DNA from: an uncultured Alphaproteobacteria bacterium
GTDB taxonomy: Bacteria; Pseudomonadota; Alphaproteobacteria; Rhizobiales; Beijerinckiaceae
NCBI GenBank assembly: GCA_963712225.1
Contig: CAVQHH010000006.1
Span: 30,557 to 94,556, forward strand
Direction: 5' to 3'
DNA: 64,000 nucleotides
Below are positions 51,318 through 62,000 of the stretch, one piece after another; position 1 is the first letter of the stretch; each line of letters opens with the position of its first letter. Both the position numbers and the translations under genes were made by a program. The notes below the pieces were generated by a model. The model was not told the origin of the DNA and searched no databases. It saw only the letters and a program-made list of their open reading frames with translations.

Positions 51318-51360
51318 CATAGGTTGCGTAAATCGGCGAAAGCGATCTTGAGGCGCACTC

Positions 51361-52158
51361 GTGACAGAAGTTGCCCGCCCCCGACATTCCCTAAGGTTTC
51401 ATAGCCGCTCCTACCACGCCATGGTTCTGGCGCCAGAGCCGCCCGTGGCTAACTGGCTTGCCGAGCTAGACACCTGGCTCGAACGTTCGCCGGGGTTTTT
51501 CTTCGGGCGGCCAATCGTGCTCGACCTTGCGGTTCTTCAGCCTGGCAAGCAGGGGCTCACGGAGCTTTTGCAAAACCTCGCCGAGCGCAACATCAAGGTG
51601 ATGGGGATTGAGGGCGCCGAACCGTCCTGGCTCGACTTCGCGATGCCGCCACTGCTTTTGAGCGGGCGGCAGGCCAGCGTTATCCCCGGCGATAATCCTC
51701 CCGCCGCCGCGGAGCCGCCTGCCCCCGCTCCTTTTTCCGATCCCGCTCCGGACGCGGCGGCGCCTCTTTCCAACGCCCCTTCGCCTTCCAGCGACGCTAG
51801 CTCTGCTCCCGCCGTGGCCGCGACGCCGCAACAACCAAATTCCCTGCTTCTGGAAAGTTCGATCCGCTCCGGCCAGTGCATCGTGCACCCCGAGGGCGAT
51901 GTGATTGTCGTCGGATCCGTGGCCTCGGGCGCCGAGGTGATCGCCGGCGGTTCGATCCATATCTATGGAACGCTGCGGGGCCGGGCGATCGCCGGTTCAC
52001 GCGACGCCCGCGCACGGATTTTTTGCCGCAAGCTCGAAGCCGAGCTTCTTTCGATCGACGGCCTTTACATGGTGGCCGACGATATGCCCGCGCACCTGCG
52101 CGGCCAGACGATTCAGGTCTGGCTCGACGGTGATTCAATGATGATGGCTCAGGACTGA
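51361..52158 (+). CDS. minC: Septum site-determining protein MinC
   Basis: SPGFFFGRPIVLDL, SIRSGQ, GAEVIAGGSIHIYGTLRGRAIAG. Confidence 0.96.
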   Translation: MTEVARPRHSLRFHSRSYHAMVLAPEPPVANWLAELDTWLERSPGFFFGRPIVLDLAVLQPGKQGLTELLQNLAERNIKVMGIEGAEPSWLDFAMPPLLLSGRQASVIPGDNPPAAAEPPAPAPFSDPAPDAAAPLSNAPSPSSDASSAPAVAATPQQPNSLLLESSIRSGQCIVHPEGDVIVVGSVASGAEVIAGGSIHIYGTLRGRAIAGSRDARARIFCRKLEAELLSIDGLYMVADDMPAHLRGQTIQVWLDGDSMMMAQD

Positions 52159-52179
52159 GACAAATTGGGAGACAGCAAC

Positions 52180-52995
52180 ATGGCCAAGGTTTTGGTCGTA
52201 ACATCGGGCAAGGGCGGCGTCGGCAAGACGACCTCCACCGCGGCGTTGGGCGCGGCGCTGGCGACGGCGGGCAAGAATGTTGTGCTGGTCGATTTCGACG
52301 TCGGGCTGCGCAACCTCGATCTCGTCATGGGGGCCGAGCGCCGCGTGGTCTACGACTTGATTAATGTCGTTCAAGGCGACGCCAAGCTTGCGCAAGCTCT
52401 CATCCGCGACAAGCGCGTGCCGACGCTGTCGCTGCTTCCCGCCTCGCAGACGCGCGACAAAGACGCCTTGACGGATGAGGGCGTTGCGCGCGTCATCGCT
52501 GAATTGAAGGAGAAATTCAATTGGGTGATCTGCGATAGCCCCGCCGGCATCGAGCGTGGCGCCACGCTTGCCATGCGCCATGCCGATGTCGCGATCGTCG
52601 TGACCAACCCCGAGGTATCCTCGGTTCGCGACTCGGATCGTATCATCGGACTTCTCAATTCCAAGACCGAAAAGGCGGAAAAGGGCGAGCGCGTCGAAAA
52701 GCACCTCCTGATCACCCGTTTCGACGCCGCGCGCGCCGGACGCGGCGAAATGCTGAATGTCGAGGACGTGCTTGAGATCCTTTCCGTCCCCCTGCTCGGA
52801 ATCATCCCGGAAAGCTTCGAGGTTCTGCGCGCATCCAATCTTGGCTCGCCGGTCACCCTCAACAATCCCGCGAGCGCACCGGCGCGCGCTTATTTCGACG
52901 CGGCGAAGCGGCTGAACGGCGAAGCCCTGGATATGACAATTCCGAGCGACAGGAAGGGCCTGTTTGGCAAGCTGTTCGGACGGAGGGCGGCATGA
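52180..52995 (+). CDS. minD: Septum site-determining protein MinD
   Basis: [22 protein letters not shown]-terminal KGLFGKLFG membrane-targeting helix. Confidence 0.98.
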   Translation: MAKVLVVTSGKGGVGKTTSTAALGAALATAGKNVVLVDFDVGLRNLDLVMGAERRVVYDLINVVQGDAKLAQALIRDKRVPTLSLLPASQTRDKDALTDEGVARVIAELKEKFNWVICDSPAGIERGATLAMRHADVAIVVTNPEVSSVRDSDRIIGLLNSKTEKAEKGERVEKHLLITRFDAARAGRGEMLNVEDVLEILSVPLLGIIPESFEVLRASNLGSPVTLNNPASAPARAYFDAAKRLNGEALDMTIPSDRKGLFGKLFGRRAA

Positions 52996-53317
52996 AACTC
53001 ATCGATTTTTTCAAGCGGCCGCGCACCGCGCCGGTCGCCAGGGAACGGTTGCAAATCCTGCTCGCGCATGAGCGCGCCGTCTCCGGCAAGTCGGATCTGA
53101 TCGCGATTCTTCAGGAAGAAATCATGGCGGTGATCGCCAAGCACTTCCCGGTCGACTCGAAGGGATCAAGGTCAAGATGGAGCGCGGCGAGGTGGTCTCG
53201 ACGCTCGAGGTCGAGGTCGAAATTCCAACCCCCATGTGCCCAAGCTTCCCATTGCCCGCCAAGCCAACTCCGGCCGAACCCGCCTGCGCGGCGGAAGCCG
53301 CGGAAGCGGAAAGCTAA
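52992..53317 (+). CDS. minE: Cell division topological specificity factor MinE (1-nt frameshift near 53160)
   Basis: [17 protein letters not shown]; shifted frame gives [21 protein letters not shown]. Confidence 0.9.
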
Positions 53318-53430
53318 AGCGTGATCAGGTTTAGCCGAATCGGGTTTGGGGATTCGATTCAAGCTGCGGGCCGGGCGGAGGCCGGCGAGGATGACCAAGC
53401 CCTATTCATTGGATCTTCGCGAGAGAGTTA
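53315..53430 (+). mobile_element. 5' remnant of an IS630-family element
   Basis: Begins at a TA and encodes MTKPYSLDLRERV before breaking off. Confidence 0.65.
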
Positions 53431-53662
53431 CAGAACGGATTCCTCCACGCCGCCTCGGCGATGGCCATCCGAATAAAGTGTTCGTCGGCGGAAAGGGGCG
53501 CCGTCAATGTCGCGCCCCCAAAAAACCTGGCGCGGCGCGCCGAGGGGCGCCCCAGCAAGGCCCCCGCCTAGCAACTTCGCCTGTGCCTGGCGCCGATCAT
53601 TGCCGGGTACTTCGTTCAGACCACGGCAGCGCGCGCTCATTTAACCCCCATCCTGTCCCACG

Positions 53663-54160
53663 TCACGCCAGATCATCGTCTTTGAGCGAGACGAAAATCA
53701 GCACGCCGAGCATCGTCATAAGAACGCGGAAGGCGCTTGGCACGGCATCCAAACCCCGGGCCTGCCACATGCCGAACCATTCGCCACCAACCGCCACGAA
53801 GCCGCCCTCAAAGAGCAGGAACCCGAGCGTTAGCCCAGCCACCGCCTTGCTCTTGGCGGCCTGGAACGGCTGCGCCTTGGCCCGCGCCTGCCGGGCCATC
53901 GCTATCGCGCCGAGCGCACAAAGCGCCGCAATGACGATCTCCGTGGCGATAATCAGGATATAACCAGCATGGTGGAGGACGGGCGACGTTACCGCGCGCC
54001 AACGGATGTGGGATGCGGAGGGGACCGCGTCCATGTCGAGCACCTCTGTGACAAAGGCGAAGTTCGTCCAATAGTCCGACATATTGCCGAAGGCGACCAG
54101 AGCTACATAGAACCCGATGGCGGCGACGCAGCTAATCTTCGCGAGGCGGATGGCAAGCAT
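53663..54160 (-). CDS. DUF2165 family integral membrane protein
   Basis: AFGNMSDYWTNFAFV..VLDMD, VGGEWFGMWQ. Confidence 0.88.
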   Translation of the reverse strand: MLAIRLAKISCVAAIGFYVALVAFGNMSDYWTNFAFVTEVLDMDAVPSASHIRWRAVTSPVLHHAGYILIIATEIVIAALCALGAIAMARQARAKAQPFQAAKSKAVAGLTLGFLLFEGGFVAVGGEWFGMWQARGLDAVPSAFRVLMTMLGVLIFVSLKDDDLA

Positions 54161-54241
54161 GCAGGAGCCCCCGGGCGCGGACGTAGTTGCTCGCTAGCAC
54201 GATCTGGACAAGTTTGTCCTAGTTTTTCTTTCGCCCGCGGC

Positions 54242-54631
54242 CTACCTCGCCTGCGGCGTGCAGACGACGGCATCGTTCAAAACATAGCAAATCGACATCA
54301 TCCCGGTGCGCAGATCGACCCTGAAGACGCCGCCCTCGCGCTCATGGCGGGAGGCGACGAGGGAATATTCGCTCGGCGCCTGCGGACCCGCGCCTTCGCC
54401 AGGCGGATAACAGAGCGTGACGCCGACCGCGGCTTCCTTCAAGCCATATTGGCAGGCGCCGATCTCGCCGGTTGCCCGGTCGAGGCGATAGACCCGGTTG
54501 AGATCGGTTTCCGGCGCCGCGAGAAATTCATAGTTCGCCGCCAAAGCGCCCTGCGCGGCCGCGAGCACGGCCATCCCTGCAACGAGCAAGAGCCCCTTGC
54601 GCGGCGAAAAGACACGCGAAACCCACATCAT
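54242..54631 (-). CDS. Conserved-looking exported Cys-containing protein
   Basis: Signal peptide then YEFLAAPETDLNRVYRLDRATGEIGAC; C-terminal part of ORF 54242..55477. Confidence 0.7.
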   Translation of the reverse strand: MMWVSRVFSPRKGLLLVAGMAVLAAAQGALAANYEFLAAPETDLNRVYRLDRATGEIGACQYGLKEAAVGVTLCYPPGEGAGPQAPSEYSLVASRHEREGGVFRVDLRTGMMSICYVLNDAVVCTPQAR

Positions 54632-54745
54632 GCCAGCCCCCAGAGACGTGCTCGGGATCGCCCCTTTATACGCGAGAGGCACAATTAAGCGAGAGGGGAC
54701 CCGGCGATCTTGACCATTCCGCGCTTGCGTCCTAAGCCCTGCGCG

Positions 54746-55429
54746 ATGCAGCAGAACCCCCGCGCGCCCCTCATCGTCTTCGATCTCGACGGCACACTCG
54801 CCGATACGGCGGGTGACCTTGTCGCGACCTTGAATATCATTCTCGCCCGCGAAGGCTTGGCCGGAATCGCGGTGCCGGATGCCCGCGCGATGGTCGGCGG
54901 CGGCGCCAAAGTCTTGATCCAACGCGCACTCTCGGCCCATGGCATGAAAGTGAGCGAAACCCGTGTCGACGAGATGCTGGCTGATTTCTTGGCCTATTAC
55001 GAGGCCCATGTCGCGGACGAGACGGTCTTGTTTCCGGGCGTCGCCCACGCGCTCGACCGCTTCGAGGCGGCGGGATTTGCCTTTGCCGTCTGCACCAACA
55101 AGGTCGAATATCCATCCACTCTGCTGTTGACCGCGCTCGGCGTCGCCGGCCGATTTCGGGCGATCTGCGGCAAGGATACTTTTGCGGTCAGCAAGCCCGA
55201 TGGCGAAGCATTGTTGCAGACCATCGCGCGGGCGGGCGGCGATCGCGGCCGTGCCGTGATGGTCGGCGATTCCAAAATGGATATCGATACCGCGCGCAAT
55301 GCCGGGATCCCTATCGTGGCGGTCAATTTCGGCTATACGAGCGAGCCCGTCGACATTTTCAAGCCGGACCGGGTGATCGGCCATTACGACGAATTGTGGG
55401 GCGCGGTCGCGGCGCTCCGCGTGGCATAG
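54746..55429 (+). CDS. gph: Phosphoglycolate phosphatase (HAD IA)
   Basis: VFDLDGTLADTA, VCTNK, KPD, MVGDS..DI. Confidence 0.85.
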   Translation: MQQNPRAPLIVFDLDGTLADTAGDLVATLNIILAREGLAGIAVPDARAMVGGGAKVLIQRALSAHGMKVSETRVDEMLADFLAYYEAHVADETVLFPGVAHALDRFEAAGFAFAVCTNKVEYPSTLLLTALGVAGRFRAICGKDTFAVSKPDGEALLQTIARAGGDRGRAVMVGDSKMDIDTARNAGIPIVAVNFGYTSEPVDIFKPDRVIGHYDELWGAVAALRVA

Positions 55430-55535
55430 GGACGAATCCGGGTAGTGGGTCAGTTTGAAATTAGATGCCCTTGACAAGCACTCGCGCGCCCGCGCCTTTC
55501 CGTGCTATACCCTTAGCGCAAAGGAGATGAGGACG

Positions 55536-55739
55536 ATGGCATCCGAATGGGTCAAGCTGACTTTGCAGGACGGCGGGAAGACTATTCACGTCAATCTTGC
55601 GAATGTGAGTTCGATTGAATGCGACGAAAAGGGGTCAGTGATTTGGTTTCTTGCCGGAGTTGGGGAGGACGGCAAGGCTCGTGTTTTAGAGACCGCAGAG
55701 GTAATCCTCAAGCAACTCAGCAAGGTCCAATTTGCCTAA
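55536..55739 (+). CDS. Small hypothetical protein (67 aa)
   Basis: GAGGA RBS; MASEWVKLT...IHVNLANVSSI. Confidence 0.6.
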   Translation: MASEWVKLTLQDGGKTIHVNLANVSSIECDEKGSVIWFLAGVGEDGKARVLETAEVILKQLSKVQFA

Positions 55740-55931
55740 AGGCCCCAACGGCGAGAAACGCCCGCGCGATCCCAATCAGCTCGCTAAGTAGATTGTCGAT
55801 ATCGCCACCGGCCAAGTTAAAGACGGAGAGCCTACGCTAGAGGAACAGGGGAAAGACCCTGCCCGAAACCGCCTTGACTTGACACGGCTTGCTTTCATAA
55901 AGGGCTGTCGCGTGCGCCGGCACGCATGGCG

Positions 55932-56006
55932 GGGCGCGTAGCTCAGCGGGAGAGCACTCCCTTCACACGGGAGGGGTCACAGGTTCGATCCCTGTCGCGC
56001 CCACCA
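55932..56006 (+). tRNA. tRNA-Val(CAC)
   Basis: Cloverleaf GGGCGCG...CGCGCCC-ACCA, anticodon arm CTCCC-TTCACAC-GGGAG. Confidence 0.97.
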
Positions 56007-56039
56007 ACTTAACAGATTGGTACCTCACGTTCGTAACTC

Positions 56040-57505
56040 TCATCGTCCTACACGTCCCCGCCTGTCCGTCTCATGATGGATAAAATCATTAAGTGTCGCA
56101 AATATCCGGTCCTGCAAGTCCGGGTCGCCTGTGCGATCCGAATTCAAGCGACGAAGCCGTTGCGCTCGATCCTCGACAAAAGTTTCGTAACGCTTCTTGA
56201 GGTCGATGCAATCTTGTGGGGCTAAAGGAACCCTGGTTAGCCCTCTCACGCCTTGGGCAGAAATCGCGGTAACAAGTGCCGCCTGCCACGCGACTTTGTC
56301 GGCAGCAAGGCGATTTGCTTGCGGCCTTTCATAAATCGTACACTCCCGTCGGGCGCAAATATATCCTCATGTATTTCGGCCACACCGGCCGTTGGCAGAT
56401 CGAAAGTGCTATAAGGGCGGCTCACGTCCACAAAATCGCTGTACGAGCGTAGCAGACTGCCTTGGCTGTCCTTGATCTCAGCCAATATTTCGCTAGCAAT
56501 TTCATCTGGCGAAAGCGCGGCCTTCCGCTTCGATCTGTTTTTATTCGCGATAGCCTTCTCTTCTTTCTGCCGGACGCCCTCGAAAAATTCCCTCAGGTAG
56601 GAATAAAGTCTGTCGATGATCTCGCCGCGCTCCCGCTGAGTTTTTACCCCGAGCATTTCAAGGACTGCCTCGTCCAAAATCCGTCGATCATTCATGTCGA
56701 GTTCGGATAAATCGGAAATTTCCTCCAGCTCGGCGTCGCGTCCAGTTTTGCTAAACGCCATCTGTCGCATGCGGCGCTCGGAAAGAAACTGCATTGCCTG
56801 GCGCTCTTTCAAGGCTCGGAACGCCGCATCAACCTTTCGAAGAAGAGCGGGGTGTGCGCTGCGCGGGTCGGCGACCGGCATCATGGTCACGTCGATGACC
56901 TCTGTTTTCAATTCCCTTCGTTTCCAACTGGGCGCCCATATTGGAATTTCGATAGGACGGCGGAAGTGGAATTGAGAATTCCGGCAAGCACTTCCGCATC
57001 GACCACCTGATCCGGCGTTATGTCATACGGGTTACAATTTGCCTGAAGGCCATGATCATTAAAGGGCGCGGAGTGTTTGTACTGTTGTGATTTCGGCCAA
57101 AACATTGCACCGCGTTTGTGCCCGGTCAGGTCATACCAAGGGCGAGTATCTGTGACGCGCGCGGCACAAGTCGCTCCTTTGTGCCAGCCCTTGGACTCTC
57201 CCCATTCGGTGTATTTCAGAACGTGCGTGCCCTTTAATTTGCTCTTATTAGGCTCATTGACAGAGAAAAATCATGCGCCCGCAATCTTCGGGATTCACGG
57301 TGAAGCCCTTCACTTCCATGAGGCTGTGGACCTCCGGCTCCAAATACTTCGCTTCAATGGGCCGGATTTCGCCGTAGCCGTCTCCGCAACGGACAAGCCT
57401 GACTTCGTGAATACCACATCCTCGCGGCGCACGCCGAATTCTTGCCGGAATTCGTGGAACGCGGGAAATCTTTCCAGGCACTGTGCGCTGATGTCGCGCG
57501 GGTAA
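56040..57505 (-). pseudogene. Decayed C-terminal part of a type IIG-like restriction-modification (N6-methylase/TRD) gene
   Basis: Fragments KYLEPEVHS, VLKYTEWGE, RPWYDL, LAGILNST, GRPVGNEGN in changing frames; no N-terminal part. Confidence 0.6.
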
Positions 57506-57527
57506 AAGAACTCGTCTTTTCCAGACT

Positions 57528-57953
57528 TTACCCCGAACCGGATTTCAGCCAGCTCGCCGAGTGGTGCAAACTTTTCGCCAAGGCACGCAATGCAATTTGC
57601 GCAATCTCCATGCTCTTATCAGCAGCTTCCGTTTTTTTCGTAAACCGTGAAATGGCGTAATTCACGAGACCATCGATTGCCTTTGTAGCCCCGTCAACAA
57701 AAATAGGGAGCACTGGCTGCAACATCACAAGCCATGCTATTATGTCATATGACCCGCTGCGGGGTTGTGCTGCAAAAACCTTGAGCTGAATAGAGCGACG
57801 TTCATAAAAGACGACGTTCCCGGCTGATCGAATTAATTTACCGGCACCATGCAACGATTGCCCAAGTTCGATTAAATCGATTTCGCTGCGGTCCGCATCC
57901 AACCCATCATATTTGATTGGAATCTGGACAACTGGAAAAGGCATCGCTCTCAC
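57528..57953 (-). CDS. Island hypothetical protein, probably truncated
   Basis: AAGGA RBS, IKYDGLDAD..EIDL..LGQSL.G; AT-rich; abuts the RM remnant. Confidence 0.5.
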   Translation of the reverse strand: MRAMPFPVVQIPIKYDGLDADRSEIDLIELGQSLHGAGKLIRSAGNVVFYERRSIQLKVFAAQPRSGSYDIIAWLVMLQPVLPIFVDGATKAIDGLVNYAISRFTKKTEAADKSMEIAQIALRALAKSLHHSASWLKSGSG

Positions 57954-58383
57954 TCCTTAGTGAAAAGCTTAGGCCCTGGATTTCCCTTTGTGAACGCGCC
58001 CCTTAGAGGCTGGCCGTTCTTTCCTCGCATCCCGGGGGTGCTGCGCAACGACGCGCGACAGCGCCGTCACAGCCTCTTCGAACTTCAGCGGGGCTAGCGA
58101 AACTGGCTTAGACGCAGGTCGATGAGAAGTGCTCGATATTTGCCAATTCAGCCAATTCACTCATGACTCAAATCCTTGATATTACGAGCCGTTGCGCGCG
58201 ACCAAATCCTGTGGACAGCGGAGAATTTGGTGGGAATCGTGCGCAACCCTAGAACTCCCCGCGACAAGGAATGCGATCAGGCACATGCGACAACTGCGCT
58301 GAAACCCAAGCGTAATTGTTGTTGGTCGGGGCGGGGGTGGCTCTCGTTAGAGCGCGGGCCACCCCTCACCCCTAAAAGTCGAT

Positions 58384-58469
58384 GTCCCTGTGGCGAAACT
58401 GGTAAACGCGCCGGCTTTGGGTGCCGGTTCCGAGCTGGATTGCGGGTTCAAGTCCCGCCAGGGATACCA
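58384..58469 (+). tRNA. Class II (long variable arm) tRNA with a Leu-type body and anticodon TGG (Pro)
   Basis: GTCCCTG/CAGGGAT-A-CCA acceptor, GCG/CGC D stem, CCGGC-TTTGGGT-GCCGG, 14-nt variable arm, GCGGG-TTCAAGT-CCCGC. Confidence 0.88.
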
Positions 58470-58582
58470 CTCCTTTGCGGACCCGACTAACAGCCAATGC
58501 CTCGGGGAATACACCATACGTGATTCGCATACGCAAGCGCAGCTATCGCTACTCACAGCAATTTTTCTCACCGCTCGGCCTG

Positions 58583-59406
58583 TCACGCTATCGCTTTACT
58601 AGTCCTGGCGTATGGGTCTGTCAACTGCCTAATCGCCGGAAAAGGCGTGGCGATCGTTGCTTCGCTCGTCATGCTGATCCCTTGTCCAAGCGCCACCATG
58701 TGCATGAGCGTGTCGCGCGCCACCCGACTCCGGTGGACGTTCGGACGATGTTCGAGCACTGCCAAGCGTTGAATGAGATAGTCGTCGATCGCCAACCCAT
58801 GCTCCGATCGGCTGAGGATGAAGGTCTCACTCCGCAGATCTTCCCAGAAGATGGCATCCTTAGCACAAAGCGCATGCGTGTCCGGAGGAACGACGAACAC
58901 GCGTTCGCTCCAGAACCGGACGACGTCGCAATCGCGCGCAACGGGCTCCCCCATGACGAAAGCAATATCGAGCTGTTCCGCGCGAAGCCGCGCCAGATTA
59001 TCGCGCGGCGCCCCTTCAATGATGTTGACTTCAATCTCGGGATGAAAGGTTGAATAGCGTCGAAGCAGTTCCCGCAGAAAATCCTGACGCCAGAGAGGAA
59101 AATATGCCGATTTTCAGACTGCCTCGCTCGACGCGTCCAGCCATACCGGCCGATTCCACCGCCGAGTCGAGATATTCAAGCGCCAATTTGACCTGCTCGA
59201 AGAAAATGAATGCCTGCGTTGGTTACTTTGACTCCGGCATGATGCCGATCGAACAGGTCGACGCCCAGAAGGTTCTCAAGTTTCATTACGCGCTTGCTGA
59301 CGCTGGACTGGCAAACGCCAAGCGCCTCCGCCGCGCGGCGAAAATTGAGATGCTCCGCGACCGTCAAGGCCTGGATCACCGAGGTCAGTTCAATTTTCGG
59401 GTTCAC
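58583..59406 (-). pseudogene. LysR-family regulator, frameshifted and C-terminally truncated
   Basis: VAEHLNFRRAAEALGVCQSSVSKRV..LE..LGVDLFDR HTH; substrate domain LDIAFV...MVALGQGIS in another frame. Confidence 0.82.
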
Positions 59407-60193
59407 GAAAGTCCCCTTAAACGTTGGGGAAGGCTCACACGCCGGCGAGCCATTGCGGCCGCGCGTTGGAAAAAGAAAATCGCTCAAAATAAAATGCGGG
59501 CTTCTCCTATGCGCCGGCTTTCGCTCGACGAGGGCGACGCGGCATAAATTGCCCGGCCAAATCCGTGCCGGAAGCGTTGTCGCCAAATCTGGCCGACCAC
59601 TCCGCCAACCAGAGCGACGGTGAAGAGGCGGAGACCCCGAAACAAACGCTTCAGTTTCAATGAGACGAGATTACCGCTCGAATATTAGACCTCATCCATT
59701 ATGGATGGCGTTAGCACCCTTAAAGCGTTTTGCGTGATAAAAGTCTATTAAATATAGTTCATTAACTATACTTAACTCGTATCCGGCGTGGTTTTGGAAG
59801 AGAAGCTCCATCCCGGCGCCAATGTGGACGTAGTGGATCTTCTAATGTTCGATTAGTTGTCGTCCGGACGAAACGCCCCCAGCTGCGTCACCGTAACCTA
59901 AGCGGCGGCCATGCGCGATGCGGTTTCACCGCTGTCAACTACTATTTAGTAGTTCGACGAATGCGCCTTCGGAACCGCTTTCTACCAGCCGTCCACAATC
60001 GCGCCGCAATGTAAATCCTCCAAAAGGATGGCTGCGGTTTAAGGGCCTCTGCGCCGCCAGGAATGCGCCCTGACATCCAACGCCTTTCTTTCGGCAGCTT
60101 ACAGTGCGCTTACATTTTGGAAGATCGAAGCCAATGTAAACAAAAATGACCCTGACTGGCCGCCATTAACTTCATGATTTTATTAATATATTA

Positions 60194-60268
60194 TGGAGCG
60201 GGCGAAGGGATTCGAACCCTCGACCCCAACCTTGGCAAGGTTGTGCTCTACCCCTGAGCTACACCCGC
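60194..60268 (-). tRNA. tRNA-Gly(GCC)
   Basis: Reverse complement GCGGGTG...CAACC-TTGCCAA-GGTTG...CGCCCGC-TCCA. Confidence 0.97.
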
Positions 60269-60818
60269 TCCGTGCCGGTCCAGCTGGCCAGACTGGCGGC
60301 TCGCCAATTTGCGGCAAATATCGCGTGAATGCAACGAAATGGTATTCCTTTTCTTTGTATTCCGCCATCTTTTCTAGGCCAGTTTACTATCCTATCGTCG
60401 CGAATGGCAGGATGCGCCGGTCTTTTCACGGTCGGAAGTGATACTCCAAAACGCCTTGGTCCGGCAGAAGAAATCTTCGGTTGGGTGTACGATTTGATTT
60501 CTCCCGGCCTTAGCCGTCGCCTTTGGTTCCCTTGCATGGAGGAATGACCGCTTCTATCCGGCGGATCAACGGATCGGCGCACTTTGGCGCGGAACTCGAA
60601 GTCACCATCGATCGACGGATCGAGCGTCGCGACTAAGACCGCAACCCTTCACGCTAAGGGCCGGTGCCAAAGCCATTCTAGTCGAGCACCGCCGAACCAA
60701 ACAAGTTTTCCCAACGGCATAGGCGGGATGCTACTAATCGAGCCGGAAGACTGGAACCGGTATTTTGAGAAGTCCGCGAAGATCCGCTTGGATGCCGTCG
60801 CTATCAATAGGAAAAAAT

Positions 60819-61028
60819 ATGAAAATATCCGCGCGCAATCTCCTCGAAGGCAAGATCAAGGAAGTTCACAAGGGTGCGACCACCGCGCATGTCGAAATCG
60901 AACTCAAAGGCGGCGAAACCGTAATCTCTTCGATCACCAACGAAGCCGTCGAGGAGCTCGGTCTCAAAAAAGGCACCCAAGCCTACGCGGTCATCAAAGC
61001 CTCCGATGTGATGATCGCTATAAAATAA
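60819..61028 (+). CDS. mop: Molybdenum-pterin-binding protein (Mop/TOBE molbindin)
   Basis: MKISARNLLEGKI...SSITNEAVEELGL...AVIKASDVM, 69 aa. Confidence 0.93.
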   Translation: MKISARNLLEGKIKEVHKGATTAHVEIELKGGETVISSITNEAVEELGLKKGTQAYAVIKASDVMIAIK

Positions 61029-61078
61029 GGGGCGCCAGGCAAAGTTCGCGCGGACCACTTTGCAGTTTGCCATCCTGT

Positions 61079-61408
61079 TCAGGTCTTTGGCGGGGTATGC
61101 CCGATCCGCAGCGATTCCTCCGCGCTGCCCTTGAGAACGCCTTGGATCTTGCCGGTCAAGGCGGCGAGGATCCAGGGAAGCTGCACTTCAATGCGCACGG
61201 CATCGTTCATGACGTAAAGTTGCGCTGTCGCGGTCTGTCCAAACGCCACGACCCGCAAATTCGCCGTGTCGCCGTTCCAATTAACCTCGCTGTACGCGAG
61301 CTTATCGATGTAATCCCGGCGCAGAAGCTCTATTCCCCCGGTAATCCGCCTTTTCGCCTCTTCGGCACCGAGGCGGTGCGGCAGGGTGATGACGATTGAA
61401 TTCGACAT
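61079..61408 (-). CDS. Polyhydroxyalkanoic acid system family protein
   Basis: IVITLPHRLGAEEAKRRI, VRIEVQLPWIL; GGAGGA RBS. Confidence 0.8.
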   Translation of the reverse strand: MSNSIVITLPHRLGAEEAKRRITGGIELLRRDYIDKLAYSEVNWNGDTANLRVVAFGQTATAQLYVMNDAVRIEVQLPWILAALTGKIQGVLKGSAEESLRIGHTPPKT

Positions 61409-61508
61409 GACGATCCTCCAGTGTTCGTCATGTAAACATTGTTGGCTCTGGTTGCCACTCGCACGCCGCACCGCAAATGCGGCGCGAGCAATAATAGGTC
61501 TCCGTATA

Positions 61509-62000
61509 TTAGTGGCAGGGCGGCAAGCCAGGCAGGCCGCAAGTTGGCTTCTGCTGCGGCGGCGGCGGGCGCGGCGGCTGATAGGCCGGTTGCGGCGGCG
61601 GGCGCGGCGGTTGATAGGCTGGTTGCGGCGGAGGTGATAGGCTGGTTGCGGCGGATTCCCCTGCGGCGGCGGCGGGCGCGGCGGCTGATAGGCTGGCTGC
61701 GGCGGATGACGCTGTTGAAATTGCCGCGGAGGTTGCTGGAGCTGCTGGGGTTTCGGAACTATGGGCGGAGGGCCGGTAACCGCGGGTTTGCCGTTGGCCC
61801 TGCTGGAGCGCGTCCATTTTGCGGGGGAAGCTGGCCGACGGGCGGTTTGTTCAGTGGTTGCTGTCCCGGAGGCGGAAGCACTCCAGGCGGCGTGATCCGG
61901 CCGGGCTTAGCGCCTCCTGCGCAACATGCCCGCCGGGCAATGGGGATGTTGCTGGCCGCTTGGCAAGGCATGAACTGCGGGCGGCTTATTCGGCGATGGT
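61509..62000 (-). CDS. C-terminal Pro/Gln-rich tail of a larger protein (5' part missing, frameshifted)
   Basis: PPPQPAYQPPR repeats ending CGLPGLPPCH-stop; upstream sequence replaced by hemH-like DNA. Confidence 0.55.
61555..61705 (-). repeat. Imperfect coding repeats (gcggcggcgggcgcggcggYtgataggcYggYt)
   Basis: Four tgatagg-containing units encoding QPAYQPPRPPP-like motifs. Confidence 0.8.

Noticed and set aside
54632-55477. N-terminal 280 aa of ORF 54242..55477 (-)
   Set aside because: Antisense to gph; the real gene starts at 54631 with a signal peptide.
57969-58165. Small ORF with PVSLAPLKFEEAVTAL
   Set aside because: Resembles short ORFs seen beside mobile elements, but too short and unsupported to call.
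58384-58469. Ordinary tRNA-Pro, tRNA-Sec or allo-tRNA
   Set aside because: The long variable arm and G1:U72 do not fit tRNA-Pro; the 7/5 acceptor/T stems and TGG anticodon do not fit tRNA-Sec or 8/4 and 9/3 allo-tRNAs.
59745-59776. TTAA cluster as a CtrA site
   Set aside because: Spacing is N10 and N6 rather than N7, within generally AT-rich DNA.
60095-60145. cttaca/tgtaa motifs near the tRNA-Gly 3' end as integrase arm sites
   Set aside because: Suggestive, but short, and no integrase ORF could be reconstructed.
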